Source: Squalus acanthias (Eukaryota). Taken from it: DNA of 64,000 bases. Position 1 is the stretch's first letter. The number at the start of each line of letters is the position of its first letter. The DNA lies in NCBI GenBank assembly GCA_030390025.1, contig CM059432.1, forward strand, positions 59,026,001 to 59,090,000, read 5' to 3'. Below, one piece after another: positions 50,661 through 63,750 of this stretch. Below the pieces are notes generated by a model that searched no databases, was not told the origin of the DNA, and saw only the letters and a program-made list of their open reading frames with translations. The position numbers and the translations under genes were made by a program.

Positions 50661-50763
50661 CTTGTAGCCCTGATGACTGTTTTCAATGTAGGGATCAAGT
50701 CTTCCATGAGATCAGCTTGGTAAGCCTTGTCCTCAGGCTCTTGGTCCACCTCAGCAGTAGCAT
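50661..50763 (-). CDS. KCNQ3: KCNQ3 exon (103 nt), DATAEVDQEPEDKAYQADLMEDLIPTLKTVIRAT
   Basis: gttatgcAG acceptor and aag|GTAGGC donor. Matches EDMIPTLKAAIRA (helix B start). Phases consistent. Confidence 0.95.
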
Positions 50764-51190
50764 CTGCATAACAATGAAAATGGCCTCGTTATATACGAGA
50801 GTTTAATTTGTGAACAAAATCTACTATAATCTACTGTCTCCATTCACAATGTCACTGGCTGAAACTATATCGTATTACAGAAGAAAACGTTCCACACAAG
50901 ATATCTGCTGTCAGGCTCCCTCTACTCAGCAGCTCAAAAGCATAAACAGGAAACAGAAGCAACAGAGATGGCAAAAAGTGTATAAGTATCATCTCTTATT
51001 ACATTTAAGAATATGGGCGATTCACTGGAATGAAGTTCTTCTGATATACGTAATCATGGCATTACAGACCAGGATGATCCCAGATTAAATCCCTCATCTG
51101 TACTGAATTAGCTGATCCCACCCAGGACACTATAATTAGCCTCAAGCTAGGGTGGGGAAAGTATATACAGGGTCCCCATTCACGTTAACT

Positions 51191-51630
51191 AGCTTGGCTC
51201 AATTAGTAGCGCTCATATCTCTAGCTCAGAAGAGTGTGGATTTGAGCACCATACAAAGAGTTTGAACTCATAATGTAGGCTGACACTCTACTGCACTACT
51301 GAGGGAGTGCTGTATTTTCAGAGGTCTCATCCTTCAAATCAGATGGTAAACTAATCTATCTGTTTTGGTGAATATTAGTCCCATTGCACTTGGCAGATGA
51401 AGGAAGTTCTCCTGATGTCCTGGTCAACATTCCTTCCCTCAACCAATAACCACCAGAACAAATGTATTGATCATTCGCCTTATTGCTGTTTGTGGTATTC
51501 TACTGTATACAAAATAGCTGCTATGCTTGCCTATATAACAATACTCACTGCATTCCTTGACTGTGAAGCATTTTGAAACATTTATGAGATATGATAAGGA
51601 ATTTTATAAATATAAGTTCAAACCTTTCTT
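51191..51630 (+). mobile_element. Diverged DeuSINE-like SINE
   Basis: Colinear homology with the copy at 52022. Confidence 0.7.
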
Positions 51631-51702
51631 CTGCTATCCAAAAAAACTATGCAGATGATTTCTGGGAATTTGTGGAAAACAAAGAAAATATTTTTGGAGT
51701 AC

Positions 51703-51896
51703 CTTCTGAGCTCTGTCTGAAGCCAAAGGCTTTAATGCGAACTGCAGCTCGAAGGTCACTGAAACCCAAACTCTTCTGGTCCTTTGAAGGACTATCCTCT
51801 ACTCCATCTGTGTTTAGAGGTGTAAAAAGCTTGCTCTTAACATTGGCTCCTCTTGGTCCAGCAGTTCGAACACGTTCCAAGAGGCTCAGCTTCTGG
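51703..51896 (-). CDS. KCNQ3: KCNQ3 exon (194 nt), [64 protein letters not shown]
   Basis: gtttttcgatacAG acceptor and gaag|GTACTC donor. Matches human SQKLGLLDRVR..KLFTPLNVDAIEESPSK..QSSE. Confidence 0.96.
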
Positions 51897-52021
51897 CTGT
51901 ATCGAAAAACAAGTCCAGTGGAATGCTTTTAAAGTATTTATTATTTCATATTCCCTCATGGACAACAGTGTAGCATTTAGTAATACAGGCTTCCCATCAA
52001 AGGTCCCAAAGACTTTAGCTG

Positions 52022-52490
52022 TGTCAGCTGTGGCTCAGTGGTAGCACTCTAGCCTCTGAGTCAGAAGGTTGCGGGTTCAAGTTTGATTCCAGAGACTTGA
52101 GTACAATATCTAGGCTGACAGGCCAGTGCAGTACTGAGGGAGAGGTGCAGTGTTGGAGGTCCCATCTTCTGGATGAGACGAGAAACCGAGATCCTGTCTA
52201 CCCTCTCAGGTAGATGTAAAAGATCCCATGGCACTATTTCAAAGATGACCAGGGGAGTTCTCTCCAGTGTCCTGGCCAATATTTATCCCTCAAACAAAGT
52301 CACTAAAAGAAAACAGATTATCTGGTCATTATCACGTTTACGTTTGTGAGCCCTTGGTCTGCACTAATTGGCTGCCACATTTCCTACATTACAGCAGTGA
52401 CTACACGTCAAAAAGTACTTCATTGGCTGTAAAGTGCTTTGGGATGTCCTGAGGTCGTGAAAGGCGCTTTATACTATAAATGCAAGTCAT
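52022..52490 (+). mobile_element. tRNA-derived DeuSINE/SacSINE1-like SINE, full length
   Basis: A box TGGCTCAGTGG, B box GGTTCAAGT, conserved body, tail gtcctgaggtcgtgaaaggcgc..ataaatgcaag. Confidence 0.85.
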
Positions 52491-52906
52491 TTTTTTAAAA
52501 ACAGTTAAGGACAGTGTTTTCAGGAGAGTTGAGGAGCAGTCCTAAAATGTTTATATTTTCCTAATACTTAGAACTTAATGTCCAATCAAACCTATTTCAA
52601 GTTGCAGCTCACTCTTTGAAAAAACTCCAACATGAGTGGAAATTATACTGTTTAGTGATGTGGCTAAAGTATCCTGGATAAAAATAAAACTACATGTGCA
52701 TGAACATTTTGAAACAGTATATGTATTTGTGGCCTTCTTTCTGTTATTCCTTTCCCCTAATCCTTGATACAAATAGGTATTCTGAATGGGTCTGTAACGA
52801 GTGTGTTAATATTGAAGTAAATTACCTCCAATGGTGGGTTTACTGGCTTAGTGTTATCAAGCATTCAAAAACAGCATAAAAGAAGATAAAGAGACCCATT
52901 GATAAT

Positions 52907-53588
52907 AGGCCAGATTTTGCGACCGTAGGGGCCGTGCAAGTGCCGGTTTCAGGCATGAGAATTCTCTTGACAGATCATCCGCATGCCCAAGAAAAGTGCC
53001 TCTGTGGGTGGAGAGTTGTGTTTTTTGCACAACTTTCGCCCGCTGAATGACTGTCAAATTCTTACGCCTGGTAAAAGCAGGCTTAAGGCCGGCTTTTACC
53101 AGCTTAAGAGTTTTTAAAAAATAGAAAAATGAAATTTGGTAACTCATTTATAAACTAAAAATACTCTTCAAAAAGGTAAGTTTATTTTTAGCCCCGTAAA
53201 AACATTTCATGCTTTTTTTCAAAAAATTAAATTTTTGTTTAAAATAATTAATTAAATGACATTTTAATTAATTTTAAATATGTAATTAAAACATTTTTAT
53301 ATTTAATGTGTTGGTGTATTTTTTAAGGTGATCCCCATTCATACTTTTGACAGTTCTGTACGTACAGAACTGTCAAAAGGTTGAATGGGGATTCCCTTCT
53401 TCCATTGGTTGGGCTGGCCCACGTGATCCCAGGAGTGCCTATGAACCGCTTGCGCCCTGGGATACCTGGGCCTCTGCCCGCGCGGACCCAGAGAGGCCCA
53501 GGATCGCAAGCCGCCATTCTTCCCGGGCCACCAGGTAAATTCATAGACATTTTGCAGGTTGGAGGCGTCCGATTGCAAATGTTGGCCC
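52907..53588. mobile_element. Harbinger-type MITE with internal palindrome
   Basis: Degenerate TIRs AGGCCAGATTTTGC / GCAAATGTTGGCCC. TSD AAT. Confidence 0.7.
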
Positions 53589-54739
53589 AATATATAAAAT
53601 TTCTATGATCTGAAGTGAATGTGAGGGCTCTCAATATCTGGGTTATTTACTGTGAAAACCACAACTGCCCCATCACCGAGCGACCTAATCCTTCATGACT
53701 TAAAAAACCTCCTAAATCTGCAAATATCTGTGTTTTTAAATACTGAATGCTTGTGTGCATCGCACGGTTATAAAAACTAATGACTATCTTGAATTAACTG
53801 GGCTCTATTTTTCTGAGGTTTGCAGTCTCAATGCTGATGTAACAGTTGAAAATGAGAAGCTGGTGAAATATAAAGATGAGATGATGAATGTTTTCTCAAA
53901 GTACTTAGAGGTGGTGAAAGAAAACTGTTACAGAGCTGCTATTTATACATTAGCTGTAAAAAGACAGTCAAGAGATTATAGTTGTTAGTCATCACAGAGA
54001 GAGAGAGAGAGAGTGTAACAGGGACTTGGGCTGAGGAGATCAATGGAATACCACAATTGGGTACATAAAATATTAGCGCCTGGCGCTAATTATCGGCACC
54101 GACAGGAAACTTCACTTTTACCGCCCCGGGAGGTGAGTGGAGCGCTAAAGCAGGCGCTGCACACCTCTCTTAAGGCGCAAAGGCCAAGGAGTGAGGCGCT
54201 AACTCGGAGCGCTGGCGAAGCTCATGTAATGTCAGTCAGCAATGGAACACACACACAATGGCACGGGCCAGTTCTTAAAGGGGATGGTTAATCTTGCTTT
54301 CCATCCACATCCTGTTCATTGCTGCCTTGAATCTCGGCCTGGAGAGACTTGCACATCAAATGTGCTGGAAAGAACAATGGAGAGTACCAGGCAAAGAGCT
54401 CAGAGTGCAGCTCCCACAGTCTCTGCTAAATCGATACAAGGAATGGCAAATCAAAATGAACCTGCAAAGTGCTGCTCAGTACCCAAAACTCCTTCACACA
54501 ACGTTGAATCTCTCCAGAAGTCTCTCCCTCTCTCTCTCAGAATGCGTAGTTCAAAAATGCCACCAACAATAAAAGACAGGAAGAGGCCTCTTTAACACTG
54601 CTGGTTATCTGTCAGTTTGTTACATCTGCCCCGATATTTATGGGGAGACGGGAAGGGAGTGGTGGGGTGGGGCGGGGGGGGTGGTTGTAGCAGTCAGGAA
54701 ACCCAGAAATGTGGGCAATGCGGAGGTCCTGCTGAATTT

Positions 54740-55891
54740 ACATAGGATTACATAGGATATACGGCACAGAAACAGGCCATTCGGCCCAACCAGTCCATGC
54801 CAGAGTTTATGCTCCACTCGAGCCTCCTCCCGTCTTTCCTCATCTAACTCGATCAGCATAACCCTCTATTCCCTTCTCCCTCATATGCTTGTCTAGCTTC
54901 CCCTTAAATGCATCTCAACCACTTCAACCACTCCCTGTGGTAGCGAGTTCCACATTCTCACCACTCTTTGGGTAAAGAAGTTTCTTCTGAATTCTCTATT
55001 GGATTTCTTGGTGACTATCTTATATTGATGACTTCTAGTTATGCTCTTCCCCACAAGTGGAAACATTATCTCTGTATCCACTCTATCAAAACCTTTCATA
55101 ATTTTAAAGACCTCTATTAGGTCACCCCTCAGCCTTCTTTTTTCAAGAGAAAAGAGACCCAGCCTGCTCATCCTTTCCCGATATGTATACCCTCGCATTT
55201 CTGGTATCTTCCTTGTAAATCTTCTCTGCACCTTCTCCAGTGCCTCTATATCCTTTTTTATAATATGGCAACCAGAAATGTATGCAGTAATCTAAGTGTG
55301 GTCTAACCAAGGTTCGATACAGGTTTAGCAGAACTCCCCTATTTTTCAATTCTATACCTCTAGAAATAAACCCTAGTGCTTGGTTTGCTTTTTTTATGGC
55401 CTTGTGTCGCAACTTTTAGTGATTTGTGTATTTGTACTTCAAGACCCCTTTGTTCCTCTACCCCACCCAGACTTACACTCTCCAAGTAATAAGCGACCTC
55501 CCTATTTATCTGTGTTGAACTTCATTTGCCAATTATATGCCCATTCTGCAAGTTTATTAATGTCCGCCTGTAATTTGTTGCAGTCCTCCTCAGTATTGAC
55601 TACCCCCCCCAATTTGGTGTCATCCGCAAATTTAGAAATGGTGTTTCTGATTCCAAAGTCTAAATCGTTAATGTAAATTGTGATAGTTATATTAATTAGT
55701 GTAACAAGTTAAACTATAAATTTAATACAGTACTTTCTAGTTTGCTGCACCTAGTTTAAACCACTGTCCTAGGTTAGAGAGAAAAAAAATCTTAATACTC
55801 ACCAACCAATCACCTACCTGCTGTCCTATGATGTCACTCCAATTTTTTTGGAAATCGTCGAAGGTTCGGCCACCGCTGACACCGCCTCCAG
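54740..55891 (-). mobile_element. CR1 with 5' UTR joined directly to the RT 3' half, inserted in a MITE
   Basis: Tail at 54740, RT/C-terminal remnants to ~55682, then 5' UTR sequence homologous to 17051-17095 at 55795-55837. Confidence 0.75.
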
Positions 55892-56531
55892 TTAAAGGCA
55901 GGACCTCATTAAAAAAAATAATCTACATTTCCCAGCCAGCAGCCAGCCAGATTGAGAGGCTGGCTGGCTGTCAGGTGGGCTGGCCTGCACTGGCTGCAGC
56001 CATGGAGTGGAAAGGAGCTCGGGAGAGATAGCGTGGAAAAGATTGTGGAAGTCGGCGGGGAGACTGTGGAGGTCGGGGGGAGATCGCTGGGGAGGGGAGG
56101 GGTGCTTCAGATCGCAGTGGGGAGGGAAGCAGTTTTGCTTGAGGGTCCGTGAGGGGGTGGGAGGATGCACTCCTGATCCTCCTGGCCCACAAGCAGTGCT
56201 GGGAAGGCACTCACCCACTGGATCTGGTCCTACTCGTCTCCCTTCAGCTGCTGGGTTTCCCGAGCCCTGGGAAACCCAGCCCACAACACTTAAATCTGAT
56301 AGTCGGTAAAAATTTCAGAAACGCAGCCTCATTAGCATATTTAAATGACTGATTCTCCCCCTACCCCCCTCTTGAGAGCAGGTTAGATGCCCGCCCCCCA
56401 CCCCCAACCCACCTTCGTTAAAATCGGAAGTGGGTGTGTTTGAGGGGGGATGGGGTCGGGTTCCGGATTTCTGAAATTTTAGCACCCCCCTGACCGGCTC
56501 CCACCCATCATGGGGGGTGAAAATTCCCCCC
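55892..56531. mobile_element. Right part of a GC-rich Harbinger-type MITE (left part ~54640-54739)
   Basis: Ends GAAAATTCCCCC. Internal motifs shared with other MITEs. Flanks appear to rejoin as gaattta/ttaaaggcagg. Confidence 0.55.
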
Positions 56532-57196
56532 ATTGTATCTACTGTTTTAATTAGATAAATACTAAATACTTTAACTTTGCTATTGGCTTCAGCTCAGGTA
56601 TTTAGGACGGACAATGCTCCATAATTCAATTGGCATAGTGGTTTGTAGAAAGGCACTGCACTTCTTTGTGATATAACTGTCACTGGTCCAGGTTGGTTTT
56701 CTGGTATATTATAAGGATATTCAATACAGCACAATCCCTCTTAGTAGGTCAAAGAATGAAGACCGTGGCTTATTGGATTCACATATTAAAAAGCATCACC
56801 TATCAAGATAACACTGCAAAGATTGTTACTAAGACCAAAGGGCACAGTCTGTTGATGATATCACAGGGAAGACTGTCACTGATATTAAAAGGCAGAGACT
56901 GTGGCTGAGATCTCTCTCTGAGGCATAGAGCAGAAACCATTTCCCACTTGACCACTGAGCACAGAAGCTATTTTTCTCTTTTTTTACATTGAATATGTGT
57001 AAAAAAAATGCTAGCTGCTAAATTAAGGGTCACTGAGATCCCTTTTGGATGTTCCATAATACAATATTTTACCACAGCCTTATTTTACAACCTTCAAATG
57101 TAATCCATATTTTTACTATAATATTTAGCTAATGATTTTAAGTTTCACACTATGTGCTAATTAACTTTGAAGGAGAAGGACATTTTTACATACAAT

Positions 57197-57922
57197 GGCC
57201 CAGAATTTGTAGTCAGCGGCGAAGAGATGCCGATCGCCGCTGACCATAAAGATCTCACGATCTCTGTGGTGAAGACTTTAGGTTTCTCAACATTAAATTG
57301 ATTATAGCGCTGTGAAAAGGGTATCCCCAATGCAGAGCAGCAGTGATGTCATCTAGCTGTCTAAGCAGCCAATCACATTGAAGAATTCTCACAGACAGCA
57401 AACCGGGAAATAAAAAGCACTTATTCTATTCATTTTTTAAAAATTGTACAGAGAGCAAAATAAAGACTGGGACATACACATGGGGTTAAGGTAGAAGCTG
57501 AAATATCATAAACAAACTTTAAAAAATAATTTAAAAATTTAGTAATTGTCTATCATAATGGAGAAATTTGACATTCCACAAATATAAAATTTGTTTTTCA
57601 GAAAGATTGATCAACAGTCAATACACTGTTAAAACCCCAGTTACACTTATTCCAACAAGGATTATCTTTTTATGGGGTGTTTAACAGCGATATTACAGCG
57701 GAAAAGCTTAAGTTTTTGTCCGTTCAAATGATTTCACTGATTGCCCGCTCTGGGGAGTTCCACAGCGCAGCCTGTGGCGGAGCAGGGAATGACTGACTGC
57801 AACTTCAGGATTTCTGCGTTTATCTGCGCATGTGCTAAATCCTGAAGTTACGGTCAGTTTCAGAGGGGTAATGACGGCAAACGCTGACAGTTCACCATCA
57901 TTACCACCGCAAAATCTGGGCC
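57197..57922. mobile_element. Harbinger-type MITE
   Basis: TIRs GGCCCAGAATTTG / CAAAATCTGGGCC. TSD AAT (57194-57196, 57923-57925). Confidence 0.85.
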
Positions 57923-59521
57923 AATATAATTCAATTCTTTTATTTTCATGTGCACAAACATATACATACCCCAAATACACTATCAGCTTTTTGTGTTAAC
58001 ACAGCCAGTGACTTCCACTGTCTTCAATGGCCTTGGAATGTGCTTGATGCCAACATCCCAAAGTTTTTTCTGGTCTTAGAAGTCCTGTGATTTTACCTGG
58101 GCAACATATCATTTCCCATATTTTTGACAGCTGTTTAATTAAAATAGTTATGGGGCGAACATGTAAGCATGGAAAGGTTGTATGTGAAAAGCACATGACT
58201 ATTCTAGATTTGTGCCAATAGATTACCATGAAAATCCACACCTTTGTTTTCTTAAACCACCTCTTGTCACATACTTTCTGCAGCTTAATCTCCCAAACTC
58301 GCATCACTACAATGGAGCAAGTCACCAGGTTTAAGGCTATTCCCGTGAACATAAATGGGATGAGCAGTATATTAGGGATAGAAACCTGCCGTCCTTACCT
58401 GGTCTGGCCTATATGTAACTCCAGTCCCACACCAACATGGTTGACTCTTAACTGCTGTCTGAAGTGACCTAGCAAGTCATTCAGTTTTATCAAAGCACTA
58501 CTCAAAGGTTCATGGAGAAAGCCCAGCACCACCTTCTCAGGGGACCTCGAGTGGGCAATAAATGCTGGTCTTGTCAACAACACCCACATTCCAAAAACAA
58601 ATACATTTAAAAATTTCATCCTTCCTAGAAAAGAAGTGTCTCTGTTCGTGTCACTCCAGATGCAGCCAAGCTGACTGAACCAGTCCCAGCCTGACTCAAT
58701 GAAAGTATTAGTCCTGCTTTCAGCTCAATAACAATATGAAAACATGCCCAAGAACCCTCAACTTCTATCTGATCTAATTTGACCAGCTGAATTTGATGAG
58801 GGGAAAGGGGAAAATTAGGGTTTATCCTGGCACCATATCCTCATCCCAAAGCAGTACATCAATTGTACATTCTGACAAATTTCCAGACAGGGAGGACTCC
58901 CTGCTCATTCTTTATTAATGCAGGTTGATAAAGAGGATTTACTGAAAGCTTCATATAAATCTCTTGTAGCATGCAAAAAGCATGCTCTCCTCCTTTTAAA
59001 GTATACCACAAACTTAGGGCCATATTTTCCTCTGTGTGTTCATGTTCACAAAAATAGTAATGATCAGCAGGTGAGCAAGACAGATAGAAAAGGGTAAGTC
59101 TCCTGCTAAAATGTGTTTACAAAAACTACTCAAAAATAAAATTATTTCAGGACTGTTAAAGGGCAATCATGAGAAACCCCAGTAAAATTGCACAGGGAAG
59201 GATAGAAACAAAAACTGAGTTACTAACATTCAGACCTGTGAGTCAGTTATATAAAAGAACAGCACGATCTTAATAACAGTGCAATTCTTATTTACATTGT
59301 GTTTTAACAGAGTATTGATTACTACTGTGTGCTACCAGTGATGACAGATGATTCATTAATGTTTACTGAACAGAGCGATTGCCTTTAACATACAGCTGGT
59401 GTTAGGTTCTCATCGTGTCCTGTCAGAACATGGAAGTGTCTGCATGCAGAAAGTTGAAATATAATCCCCAAAAACAGTGAGTGTCTTATGTCGAAGGGTT
59501 GGCCATCATACAAGATTCCAG

Positions 59522-59611
59522 ATATAACAACAGAAAACGCTGGAAAAACTCAGCAGGCCAGGCAGCATCCGTAGAGAGAGAAAGAGAGTTGACGTTTCAG
59601 GTCGATGACCT
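59522..59611 (-). mobile_element. 90-bp Penelope pLTR-only insertion
   Basis: Reverse complement of ~6464-6550. Perfect 17-bp TSD ATCATACAAGATTCCAG (59505-59521, 59612-59628). Confidence 0.88.
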
Positions 59612-60266
59612 ATCATACAAGATTCCAGCACCATCTCTGCAATAAGACCATTGTACTGTAGCTTAATTGCCCTTTGCTGCATGACAACCACTGAAGTATT
59701 AATATAGAGAGCTCTCTATTGGTACCGACTCAGCATTCTGTCCCTCTTCTTCCACTCAGGGTCAACATTATTTGTATTCGGGCAACTGCGCTTCACTGTG
59801 TAGAGCATAATCATAACTTTGTATAAAGATTGAATCGGGATAAAATTCCAGAGCATGGAAATATTTATGAAAAATAAAAATGTATTTCAATAACAGTGGA
59901 CCCCACTTAGGTGAGTACTCAATAAATAAATAACCCATTTAAACGTATTTAAGTGCACAAATCCTTTTCTTATAACTCCCCGTGGGCGATTTTCAATTGC
60001 TGGCCACCCATTTCTTTCCCTAAAAATGGGCGTCCAGCACGTGAAAATCGGGGTTTGGGGAGGGGCAGGGGGGCATGGTTTTCAGATTTTTGTGAGGATT
60101 TTCTTCCCCTATCTCAAATACATCAGATTCTCTTGTTTGCCACTATATACATTACTGGGGGAATAGTGTTTAGCAAATACCAAATAGGTCCGTCAGAGCT
60201 GTCGCGTGCTGGTTGCCATCAGCTGTGTTTATCAAATTTTATTTTCAGAGTTTCTGAATTATAAAT

Positions 60267-60448
60267 GGGGGTAATTTTCAACTATAGCAGAGGGTGCAAA
60301 ACTGGCAGTAGCGGATCAGCTGCCTGTTATACACCCTGAACAATTTTCCTTTCTACTGCTTTCAATGAAAAGGAAAATTAGACAGCATGTAGAACAGGCG
60401 GCCGAAACTGCCAGTGATACACCTTTGCCGAAGTTGAAAATGGCCTCC
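60267..60448. mobile_element. Small Harbinger-type MITE
   Basis: TIRs GGGGGTAATTTTCAACT / AGTTGAAAATGGCCTCC. TSD AAT. Confidence 0.7.
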
Positions 60449-63400
60449 AATGAATGCATAGCCATAGGGCAAAGCTGGCACAAAGAACTGAATATTATAT
60501 AATGAAGTACAGAAAAAATTGAATTTATGATTCTCACAAAAGAGACCAAGGTGCAGTTTCAAATCATTTGAAACTGAAAAATGGTTACCTTCTCTAAATC
60601 AGCTCAAGGATCTCAGTATCATTAACTGCTATGGATGTGAAATTACTAAGCAACATAAACATGTACATTACTCAGCCCTTGTGGGTAAATTTTAACTTTT
60701 ACCACTGGGCGAAAAGTGGGGGATAGTGAATCGGCAGCCTGTCTGACATACCGTCCGACTTTCTATTTCAATGGGGGGGGGGGGGGGGGAAATCAGGCGA
60801 GTTGTAAACGGACTGCCGATTCGCTGACACCTGATTTTTGCCCGGTGAGAACGTTTAAAATTACCCCCACCTTGAGTTTTCTGGGATTGACAAGTGGAGT
60901 GGGTTTCAGCTGCCTGAGAAATAGCACCTTTTAGACCAAAGAGTTTTTTTTGAGGGAGATTGAGCCCCGTGGGTAAATCCACATTTTCTACATTTCTGTG
61001 AAGCCATTATATGCAAGTTTTGCATAATCCACAGCTGGGTTGCAGAAATTTCTGTCAGTTATACCTGTCAAGTGGCAATTCAGCTGCTTGAGAGGTGTGA
61101 ACGGAGCAATATTACAGGTTCACTGCCACTGAGCAGTGCTATCTTTTGTTTCCGTTATCAAATTCAAAATGGACAAACTCACCCACAGTAAAAGTCACCA
61201 CATGTCTGTCATTTTGATTTGAGTCAGTTAATATCTAAGAAAACGGGTAATTAACACTTCTCTCACAAAAAGAGGAAAATACAGCCCCATGAGAATAAAA
61301 ACCATTCCTTGGCATTATTGATCAGCTGTGTTTTGTATTATTTTAATTTGATCAATGAACTAAAAAAGGGGAAAATTGCAGGCAAATTGATGTATTTTAG
61401 AAATGAAAATAAACACGTGCAAGAGATCAACACAGCAGATTACTCGATCAGATAGACAGTAGGTAAATAGATAGAAGTATTAGGTCATTAGGCCATTTGT
61501 ACCTAAATTTTCTTGAGAGGCTTGGTCCGAAGATTGATTGCTTACTAAGTATGTATTTACTGTAAAATGAGGGAGACATATTTATTGTTTGCAGACAGAC
61601 ATAAATATGTGACCTTTTGCTTAGATACAAAGGGGTGAGTTACTTATCAATGAGCTTGAGAAGGTTCAAAATCTGAAGAACATTGTTTTACATTACAGTG
61701 TAATGCTGTGATAATGTCACAATAGGAGCAGGGTAATAGCTATATCAAAATACACATATAATGTTAAACATAACATTGTTCAGATTGATTATCAAACCTA
61801 CTAATAATCACAAAATATTTTGTATCTGCATTTAAGAAAAAACAATCACACTGAATAAAACAAATAAATGACTATGTTATAAAAGGAAACACAAGGAATA
61901 GAGTCAATATAAGTAAGTGGAGGTAGTAGTGTGTATGTGCTAGCAATTATGTGTTAAAGCAGTATGGAGACAGAGAACTTCAGGGTTTAGGAGCTTGTAC
62001 CACTGAGTAGCTGGGTTATAATTCAGCTGGGCAGGGGTCCAATGTGTGGCAATTGTTTTGAAAATCCTACAATTAGGATAAATTATATTCAGGATAATGA
62101 TGTGATCTTGGACATTTTTGCAATTAAACCTGAATTCCAACGGTTAATTCGTTGTTTTAATGACACTAGATCTTTTTGATTACTGTTAATTTCTCAAGGA
62201 ATTTTTATTGTGAATCCTCTGTTCTTACTAAGGCTGCTTGATTGTTATGCCTTTTCTTCTGCTGAGAACTATGGGTAAATTAAATTATTGATTCACATTT
62301 CTTGTGTAAATATTAATCTCCTTACTTAAATAAAGAGGACTATTATTGAGTGGGCCCCACACAAGAACACCTAGCTGCAAAAAGAGAAGTACTGTAATGA
62401 CAAAAGAGACTTCCTAAATGAGAAAGCATAGAATGCTTTGAGAAGAGGCATGACAACTAGCTAGGAAAACGTTACATTAGTTTGGTGAAGAAAATGGTAA
62501 ATAATGGAATGAAAGCAATCATTATCACTGCTTTTTATTACATCCGGATGTGATTTGTGTGCCCAGCATAAGGGAAATGCAGCTTTAAAGGTCAAGCGAC
62601 AAGGTTTATATTTGTGCCTGACTGGGACAAGACACCAGTAAATAAGCCCACCTAATACAATTCACAGCAAGCCTCTTACTAAATGGAATTCTTTATCCAG
62701 GGACTGAAATGTCATTTTTTTTTCATAGTTAGCCCAGCTGCCACAATTGCCATTACCTTCCTTTTGAGTTCATCATTCTTAGTTATTGGGTGATAGTACC
62801 ATTGAGTATTGTTTAAGTGGCTGATTGGTGCAAATAATCAAAAAAGTGTGATTATTATTTGTAAATATTAAACAAGGCGCACACGTTATTTAAGAGTCAA
62901 TCTATTGAAAAGGTCAGATGGTCATCTAGTGCACAGGGCACAGATTCTGTTCATGATGCCCCAGGAAAAATGACCAATTTCAACTAGGCAGTGGTGCTGG
63001 GAGGAAAAGAAAATTCAATAGTAAGTATTTAAAAAGGAAGAAAATGAAAGCATACATGAAAGAACAGGGAGATGGGATTAGAGTAGATAGTTTTGGTTGA
63101 AGAGCAAGCACCAGCACAGCTTTGATGGGCCAAAGAGCTTCCTTCAGTGCTGTAATTGCTATGCTTCTATATCTTAGATTAAGCTTCAAAGTGAGTCTCA
63201 GGAGGAATAATTGTTTTAGCTTTTATAATGTCATTGCATGGTACTTTATGGGAAAAGGAAATGGAATGGCTTTAAAACTTTCACTGCCTCCATGTAAGAA
63301 CTGTTTGGCACTACTTTCTTTGTCTGGTAACAGAAAAGCCATGTGTCCTTGCTGTTATGGCAATGTCGTGCGGAAGTAAGATGATGATGTACTTTTATTT

Positions 63401-63535
63401 CATTGTGGCATGTATTTGTAAATAAACAGAAAGAAAGATTGCTTTTTCACAAGGATGGTATCTCACCAAACAAAAATAGGGCAAAGATATACAAAATGCA
63501 ACTAATTTCAAAACGGACCCCAGCATTACTGTGGA

Positions 63536-63750
63536 ACCTGCTACATGCAGCTCAGAGGGAGTAAGTAAAATGTGATGCAAAGCAGGGGGAGTGAGTAACC
63601 TGGTAGATGCAATTTAAAGGGAGTAACTAATCTGCTACTGCAACTCAAAAGGTGTAAGCAACCTGCTAGATATAACCTAAAGACAGTAAGTAACCTGGTA
63701 GGTGCAACACAAAGAGTGCGAATAGCCTGATAGGTGCAACTCAAAAAGAG
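63536..63750. repeat. Degenerate ~32-bp tandem repeat, about 7 copies
   Basis: Recurring aacctg(c/g)tag(a/g)tgcaactcaaag..gtaagta-like units. Confidence 0.6.

Noticed and set aside
52022..52095. tRNA gene
   Set aside because: A and B boxes continue into a ~470-bp SINE body found in several copies, and there is no clean acceptor stem.
62757..62777. 21-nt phase 2-2 candidate for the KCNQ3 micro-exon (MMNSKG)
   Set aside because: Poor acceptor and no similarity to the expected peptide.
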